64,000 bases of DNA from Deltaproteobacteria bacterium (GTDB lineage Bacteria; SZUA-79; Acidulodesulfobacterales; Acidulodesulfobacteraceae): the NCBI GenBank assembly GCA_023381755.1, contig JAMCUF010000019.1:1747-65746 (forward strand), given 5' to 3'. A program made the position numbers and the translations under genes. The notes beneath the pieces are model-generated. The model did not search any database. It was not told the origin of the DNA and saw only the letters and a list, made by a program, of their open reading frames with translations. This document shows positions 29,538 through 39,547 of the stretch, piece by piece. Each line of letters starts with the position of its first letter. Position 1 is the stretch's first letter.

Positions 29538-30836
29538 ATGAATCAAATAGAGGCTGCAAAAAATAATATAGTAACAGACGAAATGAAATATTGTGCGGAG
29601 GCAGAGGGCATTCCGGCTATGGAGCTTTGTCAAGACATAATGAACGGTTATACCGTTATAACGAAGAACCGCATCAGGAATATAAAACCGCTTGCCGTCG
29701 GTAAAAATTTAAAAACGAAAGTAAATGCAAACATCGGTTCGTCGGGGGATAGTTATAATATCGAATCGGAATTGGAAAAACTGTTTGCGGCGATGGATAG
29801 CGGAGCTGACGCCGTTATGGATTTATCTACGGGCGGAAATATTATAGAATTCAGGCGCGAGATACTTAAAAACTCATCCGTGCCCGTGGGCACCGTTCCG
29901 TTATATGAGGCATTTCAGCCCGTAATGGAAAACGGAGCCGCAGGTTCAGATTCTTATATAAATATAATGAATAAATTTGATCCGGAATACCTCTTTGAAG
30001 TTATCGAAAGACAGTGCGAAGAAGGCGTCGATTTTATTACCGTTCACTGCGGATTGACGCTGGAGGCCATTAGAAAAATGAATAGGCAGGCAAGGATTAT
30101 GGGAATAGTTTCAAGGGGAGGCTCTTTGATCGCCTCATGGATGATAAAAAATAACAGGGAAAACCCCCTTTACGAAAGCTACGACAGGCTTTTGAAAATT
30201 GCAAGAAAGAACGACGTCGTATTGAGTCTCGGCGACGGGTTGAGGCCGGGAAGTCTTGCCGACGCGACAGACAGAGCCCAGGTTTCGGAACTTATCACGC
30301 TCGGAGAACTTCAGAAAAAGGCGCTGGAAGGGGGGGTTCAGGTTATAATTGAGGGTCCCGGCCATGTTCCGTTAAATCAGGTGGAGACAAACATAAGATT
30401 AGAAAAAAGCCTTTGTAACGGGGCCCCGTTTTATGTTTTGGGGCCGCTTGTCACGGATATCGCTCCGGGTTACGACCACATTACAAGTGCGATAGGCGGA
30501 GCGATAGCCGCGGGGGCGGGCGCCGATTTCTTATGCTATGTTACCCCCGCGGAGCATTTGAGGCTTCCTTCAGTTGCCGATGTTAAGGAGGGTGTTATTG
30601 CGGCTAAGATTGCGGCGCATGCCGGGGATATAGCAAAGGGTGTGAAAGGCGCAATAGAAAAAGACATAACTATGAGCAGAAATAGGCGCGCAATGAATTG
30701 GGAAGCGCAGTACGAAAGCTCGTTAGATCCAGGAAAGGCGAGAGAAATAAGAGCCTCTTTACCCCTTAAAGACGACAAGGTATGCTCCATGTGTTCCTCT
30801 TATTGTTCCATAAAATTAAACGCTTCTTTTAAATAG
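29538..30836 (+). CDS. thiC: phosphomethylpyrimidine synthase (radical SAM)
   Basis: Highly conserved ThiC blocks (VNANIG.S, DLSTGG, TVP.Y.A, VSRGGS, LGDGLRPG, EGPGHVP, LGPLVTDIAPGYDHI) and the C-terminal CSMC..YC cluster motif. Confidence 0.95.
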   Translation: MNQIEAAKNNIVTDEMKYCAEAEGIPAMELCQDIMNGYTVITKNRIRNIKPLAVGKNLKTKVNANIGSSGDSYNIESELEKLFAAMDSGADAVMDLSTGGNIIEFRREILKNSSVPVGTVPLYEAFQPVMENGAAGSDSYINIMNKFDPEYLFEVIERQCEEGVDFITVHCGLTLEAIRKMNRQARIMGIVSRGGSLIASWMIKNNRENPLYESYDRLLKIARKNDVVLSLGDGLRPGSLADATDRAQVSELITLGELQKKALEGGVQVIIEGPGHVPLNQVETNIRLEKSLCNGAPFYVLGPLVTDIAPGYDHITSAIGGAIAAGAGADFLCYVTPAEHLRLPSVADVKEGVIAAKIAAHAGDIAKGVKGAIEKDITMSRNRRAMNWEAQYESSLDPGKAREIRASLPLKDDKVCSMCSSYCSIKLNASFK

Positions 30837-30888
30837 AACTTCTTTTAAATAGAATTAGATAGTTTCTATAAAACGGCAGGCGTTTTTT

Positions 30889-33186
30889 ATGTCCGAGATT
30901 AAATATTCGGCGGGTTTTAGACCAAAAATGAGCATAAAGAAAAAACTTGTGCTTTCATTTTTTTTAGCCGTTTTACTGCCCTTAATACTCCTTGCAGCCG
31001 TCAATACATTTATCTTTAAGGAGCGAATAAAGAAAGAGACGCTAGATGAAATTAAAATCACATTAAGCGGCGCCCAAGGAATTTATTATTCCCAAGGAAA
31101 CCAGCTTAAGAGCGCTTTCCTGATAAGTTCAAATAATCCTTATTTAATTAATGCAATTACACATAAAAATATTTCTTTCATAAACAGCCTGATCGAATCT
31201 TACACGGATGCCTTCGGTTTTGCAGATTATATAGGAATTACCGATAGCCGCGGCGGTATTTTAGCCGGGGCCTCTGGCGCCAGCGGGTTCAAACCGTCCT
31301 TCGAGCGGATGATGTTTAATGTTTTTCATACGGGTTTCCCGGTTGTTAAAACCGCATTAATTAAAAGGATTGCATTGGCAAGGATGGGTGTTAAGGTTAC
31401 CGGTAACGGCGCCTACGGCCGGCGAAGCTCATCCGACATGTTTTTGGTTGCCGTCGTTCCGTTTATACATGAGGGCAAAGTAATAGGTTCTATGTTTGGG
31501 CTCATTAATTTAAACGGCAACAGCTATTTGCCGGAGACAATTTATAATGAATATCATGTAAACGCGGCCGTTTTTGCCTCCGCGTCCAATGCGCAGGTAT
31601 GTATTTCAACCTTAAAAATTACCGGGAATATTTTTAGGGCAGGTTCAAAACTTCCAAATAACATTCGTAACAAAATTATTGGCGGGAAAAATCTTGTTAA
31701 AGAGATAAGTTATAACGGAAAGGATGTTTTTGCCGCGTTTCATCCAGTAAGAAACATAGACGGGCATGTTATAGGCTCCATCGCTGTTTTTGTTTCAAAT
31801 AGGCAATACCTGTCTATTTTTAGAAAAATCGCCATTTATGCTTCGGCAGTTATTATTCTGGGTTTAATCATTTCCTTTATTATCTCTTATATTGCCTCTA
31901 AAGATACCTTAAACCCGATATTTGCCATAGCCAAGGCTATACAAAATTTTACACAGGGAGACTTAGATACAAAACTTATTATAAAAACAAACGATGAATT
32001 TGAAGATATCGGCAAGAATTTCACCGGAATGACTGAAACGGTCAAAGATAGGGAAGAAAGGATGCAAAAATACAATGTCTTTTCGAATTTTTTAGTCGGC
32101 TCGTTAGATTTAGACAATATTGCGTCTTCCTCTTTAAATATCTTAGAGGGATTATTAAATCTTTCATCGGGCATTATATATATCTACGAAAATGATGGCC
32201 GGTCAAGTCATGATAATGACGAAAGGAAAACTGCCTTAGCCGGCCAGAGTGATGACGCCGGCAACGCATTACACATCGATAATCACGAAGGTTTTTTAAT
32301 CCCGCGGAAATTTTATGGCATGGGAAAATTTGCCGCCGGCAAAATCAAAGCGGACGAAGGAGTACCAGGGCATTGTCTTTCAAAAAAGAAAACTATATGG
32401 TTTCATAATATTCCGGAAAATGCAGCCCTTTATAAAGACGAGCTTTTGGAGAATGGCGGAACCGAAAAATTGGTGGATTACGGTTTCTGCGAGGTATTTC
32501 CAAAGGATATTGCATGGCTTCCTCTTTATATAGGGGATGTAAATATCGGTGTTTTAACCGTATCAAGTATTTATGGTTTTAATAAGGAAGATATATCCTT
32601 TTTGGAACATGTCGCGAAAGAACTTTCCATTGCATTAGACAATGCAAGATTACATGAAACGCTTAAGGAACTTAGCATAACAGATGAACTTACGGGATTA
32701 TACAATAGAAGAAAACTAAACGAAATACTGGAAATAGAATTTGATAGAGCTAAAAGATACAATAATAATCTGTCAATATTATTTATAGACATCGATTACT
32801 TTAAGTCTATTAATGATTTTTATGGACATAAGGTTGGAGACGTAGTTCTGGCAAAATTGGGAAGCCTTTTAAATGAAAATACAAGGAGTGTAGATACTGC
32901 CGCAAGATACGGGGGAGAGGAATTTGTGATAATTTTACCGCAAACCGATTTTAAAAATGCAGTTTATACGGCTAAAAAGATAAAAAAAATAATACAGGAT
33001 TTAAAATTTACCCAGATAGATAGGGAAATTACCGTTTCCATCGGTATCGCTTCATTGCCGGATGAGGATATTAAAAGCGCTGAAGATATATTAAAGACGG
33101 CGGATGATTCACTTTATAAGGCAAAAAGCAGCGGACGGAACAAAATTATAGGTTCGTTTGCCGGCAAGAGGACCCAAATAGATTAA
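30889..33186 (+). CDS. sensor diguanylate cyclase (periplasmic Cache-like sensor, TM, HAMP, GAF, GGDEF)
   Basis: TM at about aa 20-45, a ~270-aa extracytoplasmic region, a second TM, HAMP-like linker and GAF-like region. GGDEF domain has DELTGLYNRR, RYGGEEF and an I-site RSVD 5 residues upstream. The start may be the internal MSIKKKL. Confidence 0.85.
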   Translation: MSEIKYSAGFRPKMSIKKKLVLSFFLAVLLPLILLAAVNTFIFKERIKKETLDEIKITLSGAQGIYYSQGNQLKSAFLISSNNPYLINAITHKNISFINSLIESYTDAFGFADYIGITDSRGGILAGASGASGFKPSFERMMFNVFHTGFPVVKTALIKRIALARMGVKVTGNGAYGRRSSSDMFLVAVVPFIHEGKVIGSMFGLINLNGNSYLPETIYNEYHVNAAVFASASNAQVCISTLKITGNIFRAGSKLPNNIRNKIIGGKNLVKEISYNGKDVFAAFHPVRNIDGHVIGSIAVFVSNRQYLSIFRKIAIYASAVIILGLIISFIISYIASKDTLNPIFAIAKAIQNFTQGDLDTKLIIKTNDEFEDIGKNFTGMTETVKDREERMQKYNVFSNFLVGSLDLDNIASSSLNILEGLLNLSSGIIYIYENDGRSSHDNDERKTALAGQSDDAGNALHIDNHEGFLIPRKFYGMGKFAAGKIKADEGVPGHCLSKKKTIWFHNIPENAALYKDELLENGGTEKLVDYGFCEVFPKDIAWLPLYIGDVNIGVLTVSSIYGFNKEDISFLEHVAKELSIALDNARLHETLKELSITDELTGLYNRRKLNEILEIEFDRAKRYNNNLSILFIDIDYFKSINDFYGHKVGDVVLAKLGSLLNENTRSVDTAARYGGEEFVIILPQTDFKNAVYTAKKIKKIIQDLKFTQIDREITVSIGIASLPDEDIKSAEDILKTADDSLYKAKSSGRNKIIGSFAGKRTQID

Positions 33187-33206
33187 ATAGTAAAAATTTA
33201 ATTATT

Positions 33207-34379
33207 TTACTGCGTCGCATCTATCATATTTTTTGTCGTTATTATTTCATCCAACCCCTTCAAAAAGGCGCTAAAACAATCCGGATCAAAGACCTCCCCC
33301 GGCTTCATTTCATCCTTCATAATTCTAATGGCTTCATCTATAGTAAAAGCAGGTTTGTAAACCCTTTTATTAACGAGGGCATCAAAAACGTCGGCGATTT
33401 TAGTTATTCTTCCGTTAAGCGGTATTTCTTCACCTTTTAAACCTTTTGGGTAGCCGGTCCCGTTAAAATTTTCATGGTGCGATAAGGCGATTATAGAACC
33501 GTTTCTTAAGATTGGGGAGCTTGAATTCTTCAATATATCATAGCCTATTTCGCAGTGAGACTTCATAATCTCAAATTCATCTTTTGTGAGTTTTCCAGGT
33601 TTTAAAAGAATGCTGTCCGGAATTCCGACCTTTCCAATATCGTGCATTGGACTTGCATTAAGCACCTCTTCCTGGTAAAGGGCGTCCATGCCGGCTTCTG
33701 CGGCTATAATTTTTGCAAAGTTGGACATTCTTAAGATGTGCCTGCCGGTATCTTCGTCTCTAAACTCTGCAATCGTGAAAAGTGTTTGTAAAGACTCATG
33801 GTTAATTTTGTAGGTGTCGTCCATTGATTTTTTATAGTAAGACTCGATGGCAAGGGTTATATCCATGATTATTATTTTTTGAACGGAATTTACGATACTT
33901 AAAACGTCGGCAAAATTAATTCCCGTTTTTTCACAGCATTTTAGAATGGATTGGGATATTAAATGATAATAATAACCGTAGCTTCCGATGTAAATAGTGG
34001 GAGAGACGTTATAGGCATTGTGAATAAGTCCGATGGCTATCCTGCTTTTAAAGTAATTTTCATCATAGTTTAAACTGAATAAAGATATTATATATTCCGC
34101 TTGGGTCATTTTTAACCTTTCCAAAAGGCCCGGTTTCGAAAGTATGATTTTTTTTGTATCTTCGATTAATAGTAAATGGTCATAAAAGGAATTTGCCATG
34201 TCCTGAGCCCCTTTTTTCATACATGGGCTTATTTTAGAGATATTATTTGCGTCTTTCGGGGTAAAATTTACAAGATTAAACAGTAAATCCCTATTATTTT
34301 GAGAAAAGAGGCCGTTTAATTCAAAAGCCCCTCTGTTCGACATTCCGTTTTTTTGCAAGATTGCGGCAAGCCTGTCCAT
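33207..34379 (-). CDS. HD-GYP phosphodiesterase with an N-terminal protoglobin-like (globin-coupled sensor) domain
   Basis: C-terminal HDIGKVGIP and HHENFNGTGYPKGL (HD-GYP). The N-terminal ~180 aa fits the globin-coupled-sensor pattern FYDHLL...........L...Q..Y.......Y...R..IG..H......P..Y.G.Y. Confidence 0.8.
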   Translation of the reverse strand: MDRLAAILQKNGMSNRGAFELNGLFSQNNRDLLFNLVNFTPKDANNISKISPCMKKGAQDMANSFYDHLLLIEDTKKIILSKPGLLERLKMTQAEYIISLFSLNYDENYFKSRIAIGLIHNAYNVSPTIYIGSYGYYYHLISQSILKCCEKTGINFADVLSIVNSVQKIIIMDITLAIESYYKKSMDDTYKINHESLQTLFTIAEFRDEDTGRHILRMSNFAKIIAAEAGMDALYQEEVLNASPMHDIGKVGIPDSILLKPGKLTKDEFEIMKSHCEIGYDILKNSSSPILRNGSIIALSHHENFNGTGYPKGLKGEEIPLNGRITKIADVFDALVNKRVYKPAFTIDEAIRIMKDEMKPGEVFDPDCFSAFLKGLDEIITTKNMIDATQ

Positions 34380-34653
34380 TTTTTAACTTACTTTTAAAAG
34401 ATTTAAGAAAATATGCCGGGCTTAAATAAATTCCCGTCAGAGCACACCGCAGAAGCAACATAGACTAGGATAATTTTAGCATATTTAACAAATTATGTAA
34501 ATTATGCATTTAACAGCCAAATTTATTTTTTTACTTATTCTTTAAGAAAGCCGGGATGCTAATGGGCGTGGATAAATAATACTTGATTTGGCTTCGGTTA
34601 TGCTGGTATCATCAAATATGGAATAAAAATTTAAATAACGCAAGTCTTCTTTT

Positions 34654-35667
34654 ATGAAAAAATATTATCTTGGAATAGATATCGGCGGAACGAATCTCAG
34701 GTTCGGGGTTGTGGACAAAAAAGGCATCGTAATGGATGAAGATTTTAAATCTTTTCATGAATTTGTCAATGCTGTGTCAGTCCAACGGCCCATAGAACCC
34801 GCGCCGCCGGCCCCGCCGCAAAAACAGGTTGAGTTTATAACAAAAAACTTAAAATGTTTTTTGAAGAAAAATATCAAGTATAATATTTCAGGAATCGGAG
34901 TCGGCATTGCCGGACAAATAAATAAAAAAACCGGAGATGTTTTGTTTTCCCCGAACTTAAATTGGCGCAATGTTCCCCTGCGGGCAATATTGGAGAGGGA
35001 GACGGGGTTAAGGGTTAAGGTCGTAAACGATTTAGCCGCCATTACTTACGGTGAATGGAAATGGGGAGCGGGGACCGGCGGGAACAATATCGTGTGTATT
35101 TTTGTGGGTACGGGAATAGGTTCCGGGGTTGTTATAGACGGCAAATTGCTTCCCGGTTGTTCCAACACTGCCGGAGAAATCGGGCATATTGTTGTCGTTT
35201 CCGGGGGTAGAAAATGCACGTGCGGCAATAACGGTTGTCTGGAGGCTTATGCCGGCGGGCGAGGAATTGCGGAAATTGCAAAAGAAATGGCCTTAAAGGA
35301 TAGGGCCGGTTTTATGAAAATTATAGAGATGGCGGGTGGAATAGAAAATATTAGCGCTGAAACTATTGCCGGATCCTATTACTTAGGAGACCTCAGCGCG
35401 ATTAAGTTAGTTAAAAAAATAGGAATTTACTTATCGGACGGCGTTATAACCGTTGTAAATTTAATAAATCCCTGTACGGTAATATTGGGCGGCGGCGTGA
35501 TAGACGGGATTCCCGATTTATTCAATATTGTCGCAGAAGAGGTTGGCAAAAGGGCGCTCAGGGCTTCCACGTCCCATTTTAAAATACTGATGCCTATGCT
35601 TGGTAAAAGTTCTGGAATTATAGGGGCGGCAGGCATGGCTGCATTATCCGCTTCTACTTATGCATAA
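34654..35667 (+). CDS. ROK-family sugar kinase (glucokinase-like)
   Basis: N-terminal LGIDIGGTN, GEIGH and the ROK zinc motif CTCGNNGCLEAY. Confidence 0.8.
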   Translation: MKKYYLGIDIGGTNLRFGVVDKKGIVMDEDFKSFHEFVNAVSVQRPIEPAPPAPPQKQVEFITKNLKCFLKKNIKYNISGIGVGIAGQINKKTGDVLFSPNLNWRNVPLRAILERETGLRVKVVNDLAAITYGEWKWGAGTGGNNIVCIFVGTGIGSGVVIDGKLLPGCSNTAGEIGHIVVVSGGRKCTCGNNGCLEAYAGGRGIAEIAKEMALKDRAGFMKIIEMAGGIENISAETIAGSYYLGDLSAIKLVKKIGIYLSDGVITVVNLINPCTVILGGGVIDGIPDLFNIVAEEVGKRALRASTSHFKILMPMLGKSSGIIGAAGMAALSASTYA

Positions 35668-37094
35668 CTATCTTCTTCGTAAGCAAGATTTTCAAAGGAT
35701 GTATATTTGTCAATATAAGAAAGTTTTACAATGCCTGTCGGACCGTTTCTCTGCTTGCCGATAATTAATTCCGCTATGCCCTTGTTCTCCGTATCTTTTT
35801 TATAAACCTCTTCCCTGTAGACAAACATGATTAAATCGGCGTCCTGTTCTATGGCGCCTGATTCCCTTAAATCGGCAAGTTGGGGCTTTCTGTCCTGCCT
35901 GGATTCAACCATCCTGTTTAATTGGGATAGGGCAATTACCGGCATATTAAGCTCCTTTGCGAGACTTTTTAACGACCTTGAAATATCGGCAATGGCTTGC
36001 TCCCTGGATTCGATATAAGGGGAGGCTTTCATAAGTTGAAGATAGTCGATAATTGCAATCTCGATGCCCTTTTCTCTTTTCAGCCTGCGGGTTTTAGCCC
36101 TGAGCTCGGTAACGGTGATGCCGGCGCTGTCGTCTATATAAATTGGAATGTCTTCCAATATTTTCAGGGCCTTATGTATATTTTCAATATCGGGGTTATG
36201 AATTCTTCCCCTTCTTAATTGTGCCGAATCTATTTTTGCGGTTAAAGACAAAAGCCTTATTGCGAGCTGTTCTTTGGACATCTCAAGGGAGAAAAAAGCA
36301 ACGGGAATTTTTTTGATGGCTATATTTTTGGCAATGCAAAGAGAAAGAGCGGTCTTGCCCATCGAGGGCCTTCCGGCTATAATTATAAAATCTGCGGGTT
36401 GAAAGCCGTTGGTTAGCTCGTCTAAGTATGTAAAACCGCTGTGTATTCCCGTAATATCGCTGTCATCGTGCTTTTTGGAGGAAAGCCTTGTAAAATAGTT
36501 GAGTATTAAAGGGTACACTTCAACGTAATTTTTGGACGAGTCTCGTTCCGTAACATCAAAAATAGTTTTCTCCGAAAAATCTATTATATCATCTACATTG
36601 TCACGTTGTTCGTAACATTTTTGCCTGACCTTATTCGACGCATTAATGAGATTTCTTAATACGGATTTTTCTTTTACTATTTTTGCGTACTGCTCGACAT
36701 TAAAAAGGCCGGCGGGCATTTCGAACAATGTCATTAAATAACCGTTTAGATCAAAGTCCAAAAAATATTTCGTATAATCCTTTTCTTTTTCTACGGCATT
36801 TAAAATGGTTATTGCGTCGATAGGTTCGCCCCGTTCGCCCAGGCGCGTAATTACATTAAATATTTTGGAATTGACGGTATCATAAAAATCTTCGGGAGCA
36901 ATACTTCCCAATATTAAATTTACCTGGGAATTATCGATTAGGATAGAGGCAATCAAGGCTTTCTCCGCATCCATAGAGTTTGGCGGGACAATCTGGGCTT
37001 CGCCGAACCCGCGTTTAATGCCGTCCGCATTATCCCTTAAGAAAGCCGGGTTAATATTATTTTCAGGGTTATTTCTTTTATTCTTGATAGCCAT
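35658..37094 (-). CDS. dnaB: replicative DNA helicase
   Basis: PP.S.DAE.A.I.S.L N-terminus, Walker A GRPSMGKTA, IDYLQLM, SQLNR, RESG.IEQDAD. Confidence 0.95.
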   Translation of the reverse strand: MAIKNKRNNPENNINPAFLRDNADGIKRGFGEAQIVPPNSMDAEKALIASILIDNSQVNLILGSIAPEDFYDTVNSKIFNVITRLGERGEPIDAITILNAVEKEKDYTKYFLDFDLNGYLMTLFEMPAGLFNVEQYAKIVKEKSVLRNLINASNKVRQKCYEQRDNVDDIIDFSEKTIFDVTERDSSKNYVEVYPLILNYFTRLSSKKHDDSDITGIHSGFTYLDELTNGFQPADFIIIAGRPSMGKTALSLCIAKNIAIKKIPVAFFSLEMSKEQLAIRLLSLTAKIDSAQLRRGRIHNPDIENIHKALKILEDIPIYIDDSAGITVTELRAKTRRLKREKGIEIAIIDYLQLMKASPYIESREQAIADISRSLKSLAKELNMPVIALSQLNRMVESRQDRKPQLADLRESGAIEQDADLIMFVYREEVYKKDTENKGIAELIIGKQRNGPTGIVKLSYIDKYTSFENLAYEEDSYA

Positions 37095-37208
37095 AAATAA
37101 AGGAAGCTTTTCGTTTCAAAATAGTATCGCATTGTTTATGCTTATTATGATATGAGCAAGCGCACAGTCGGCCTCTCATTTCTTATCGAAAGGCAATAAT
37201 TTTCAAAC

Positions 37209-37652
37209 TCATTCCGGGATGACATTGACTTTAATTTCAGCTATAACTTCCTGATGAAGCCTAATCTTAACGGTTTGAGTACCTAAATCTTTTATGGGGT
37301 TATCGAGCACAATAGATTTTCTATTGATATTAAAGCCAATTTCTTTAAGTTTATCTTCTATATCCACCTTTGTTACGGAGCCGAATATCCTATCGTTTTC
37401 TCCAACTTTAACGTGTATATTAATTTCCGCTTTTTCAAGATTATTTTTAATGTCCGTAAGCTGATTAAGCACATTCTCTTTTCTTTTGCGGATAAGCCTT
37501 TTTTCATGTTCCGCCATTTTAATGTTAACTTTGTTGGCAGGAATGGCAAGTTTTTTGGGTAATAAAAAATTTCTTCCATATCCGTCCGCGACATTTATCG
37601 TATCACCCATTGCGCCCAAATCCTGAATATCTTCTTTAAGTATTACCTTCAT
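37209..37652 (-). CDS. rplI: 50S ribosomal protein L9
   Basis: MKVILKEDI..LG..GD...V..GY.RNFL.P...A N-terminus, 147 aa. Confidence 0.9.
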   Translation of the reverse strand: MKVILKEDIQDLGAMGDTINVADGYGRNFLLPKKLAIPANKVNIKMAEHEKRLIRKRKENVLNQLTDIKNNLEKAEINIHVKVGENDRIFGSVTKVDIEDKLKEIGFNINRKSIVLDNPIKDLGTQTVKIRLHQEVIAEIKVNVIPE

Positions 37653-37658
37653 ATTCCG

Positions 37659-38699
37659 TTACAACCCCCCTTTTTTATTTAATGTAATTTTTCTAAAATT
37701 AAACCATGTATCGAATATTCCCATAAAAATAACGAAAATCATCAAAGGATTATTAAATAAAATAATTAAAATATAAGCCAATATTTTTAAAAATAAATTT
37801 AAATTTAATTTGTTAAGTAAAAATGATATTATCGTAAGTCCCTGGACTAAATAAACAGATGACGATAGAAAAATTATATTATATCCTATAAATTTATATA
37901 TGCCGTTTGAAAATATCGCAACTATAATGCCTGATAATAAAAATAATATAAGAAAATCCGATGATTTCCATAATGATAAATTTTCATTATTTTTGAAAAA
38001 TATGGAAGGCTTTCCCTTGTAAAATTTTCTAAGAATTATAAAACTGAACCAAAGTCCTGTCCATGAAAGCGCTATGACGATAGACGGGAGCAGCAGCAGC
38101 GCGTCCATAAGCAATTTTGAAATTACCTGCCGCATTTTTGCGGTCGTAAGATATGCGACGCCCACTTGTTTATAGACACCCATCATATTTTTCAGTATTG
38201 CATTCGAATAAAAGTTCAGCAGGGAATTAACGTCTATCTTGTTAAGATATAAATAACTAATTACAAGAACAAAAATTACGGAGAATACGGTTAATACCGG
38301 ATAATAAATCGCCTTTGCCAGACTGATTTTTTTTGAAGTTAAAATGGAAAAAACGTATGGTATTATAATAAACACCGATAATTGAATCATCAATATCAAT
38401 ATAAACAAGCTGTTGTTAAAATAGTGCCTGGTTTCGCCGGATTTTGCCCAGAAATAGCCGCTTAATTTAATATTATTTTGAGCCAGCGATAATATAACGG
38501 CAAAAAATGCCGCAATAGATGCCGGCGCAATAGATCTTGCGCCGGTTATTTTAAACAGCAACATTAAAGTAATGCTAAAATATATATATAAAAAGGGATT
38601 TATAATTGCATAGACTCCAAAATGTATCGAATCTATTAAAAATAAAAAAAGTAAAAACGATAACAGTAAGCTTAAAAAAATTGGGTTAATTTTAAACAT
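37659..38699 (-). CDS. polytopic membrane protein (YybS/DUF2232-like by position)
   Basis: 346 aa and very hydrophobic (about 8-9 TM). Sits between rpsR and rplI, as yybS does in Firmicutes. The family call rests mainly on synteny. Confidence 0.55.
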   Translation of the reverse strand: MFKINPIFLSLLLSFLLFLFLIDSIHFGVYAIINPFLYIYFSITLMLLFKITGARSIAPASIAAFFAVILSLAQNNIKLSGYFWAKSGETRHYFNNSLFILILMIQLSVFIIIPYVFSILTSKKISLAKAIYYPVLTVFSVIFVLVISYLYLNKIDVNSLLNFYSNAILKNMMGVYKQVGVAYLTTAKMRQVISKLLMDALLLLPSIVIALSWTGLWFSFIILRKFYKGKPSIFFKNNENLSLWKSSDFLILFLLSGIIVAIFSNGIYKFIGYNIIFLSSSVYLVQGLTIISFLLNKLNLNLFLKILAYILIILFNNPLMIFVIFMGIFDTWFNFRKITLNKKGGL

Positions 38700-38967
38700 T
38701 AATAGACGTGTACGGCATTATAGCGACAATTCTCGACATTTTGATTGCTTTTGCAATCCTTCTCTGGTGATAAGCGCAATTACCCGTGATTCTTCTGGGC
38801 ATTATCTTTCCCCTTTCGGTAACAAAATTTCTCAAAAGCTTAACATCCTTATAATCGATTGGCAAATTCCTGTCTGCGCAAAATCTACACGCCTTTTTCC
38901 TTATATAGCTTCTGCGTATAAAAAATGTTTGCTTGCTAACGATATATTTGTGAGGTGCCCTATCCAT
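38692..38967 (-). CDS. rpsR: 30S ribosomal protein S18
   Basis: C.FC.......IDYKD...L..F....GKI.PRR.TG.CA..QR....AIK.SR motif. Confidence 0.9.
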   Translation of the reverse strand: MDRAPHKYIVSKQTFFIRRSYIRKKACRFCADRNLPIDYKDVKLLRNFVTERGKIMPRRITGNCAYHQRRIAKAIKMSRIVAIMPYTSINV

Positions 38968-39352
38968 TTATAACTTCCTCCTTAACGGCTTGAAGATTTT
39001 TTGTATATACAACGGTTTGAAATCGCATGCAGTCTTCCATAATTTTTAAATTTCTTTCAAGTTCCTGAATAAATGGGCCATTAGCGGAAAAATGTATTAT
39101 CGCAAATTTTCCCCTGTTAAAATTCTTAATGCCGTACGAAAGCCTTCTGGTTCCCCAATCATGAAAGTCCAAGAATTCCGCATTATTTTTAGACATTATA
39201 TCCTTAACCTTATCTAAAAATTGATTAAACTTTAGCTCTTCCATATCGGGATTAAGAATAACGGCAGTTTCGTATTTTTTTAGAAACTGATGCTTGATTT
39301 CTTTTAAAAAGTTTTTTTTCTTCAATAATATAACCCTCCTTAAGGCATGCAA
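38960..39352 (-). CDS. rpsF: 30S ribosomal protein S6
   Basis: [12 protein letters not shown]... S6 core. AGGAGG SD lies inside the tracked ORF 9 nt upstream of the in-frame TTG at 39325, the more likely start. Confidence 0.85.
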   Translation of the reverse strand: MHALRRVILLKKKNFLKEIKHQFLKKYETAVILNPDMEELKFNQFLDKVKDIMSKNNAEFLDFHDWGTRRLSYGIKNFNRGKFAIIHFSANGPFIQELERNLKIMEDCMRFQTVVYTKNLQAVKEEVING

Positions 39353-39547
39353 ATGTTTAAAAAGTTATTATAATATTTGAAAGATAATTTTGCAACGGTT
39401 AATTTTACAATTTTAATTTTAATTAAAAGACAAAAAAGACAAAAGAGCTTTAGCATAATAGATATAATAGAATAGGTAGATAAAACGCGGGTTTTAAATG
39501 TTTTTAAAACGGCCTGAAACTCGCAAATTAAGAGCCTGATTATCTGA

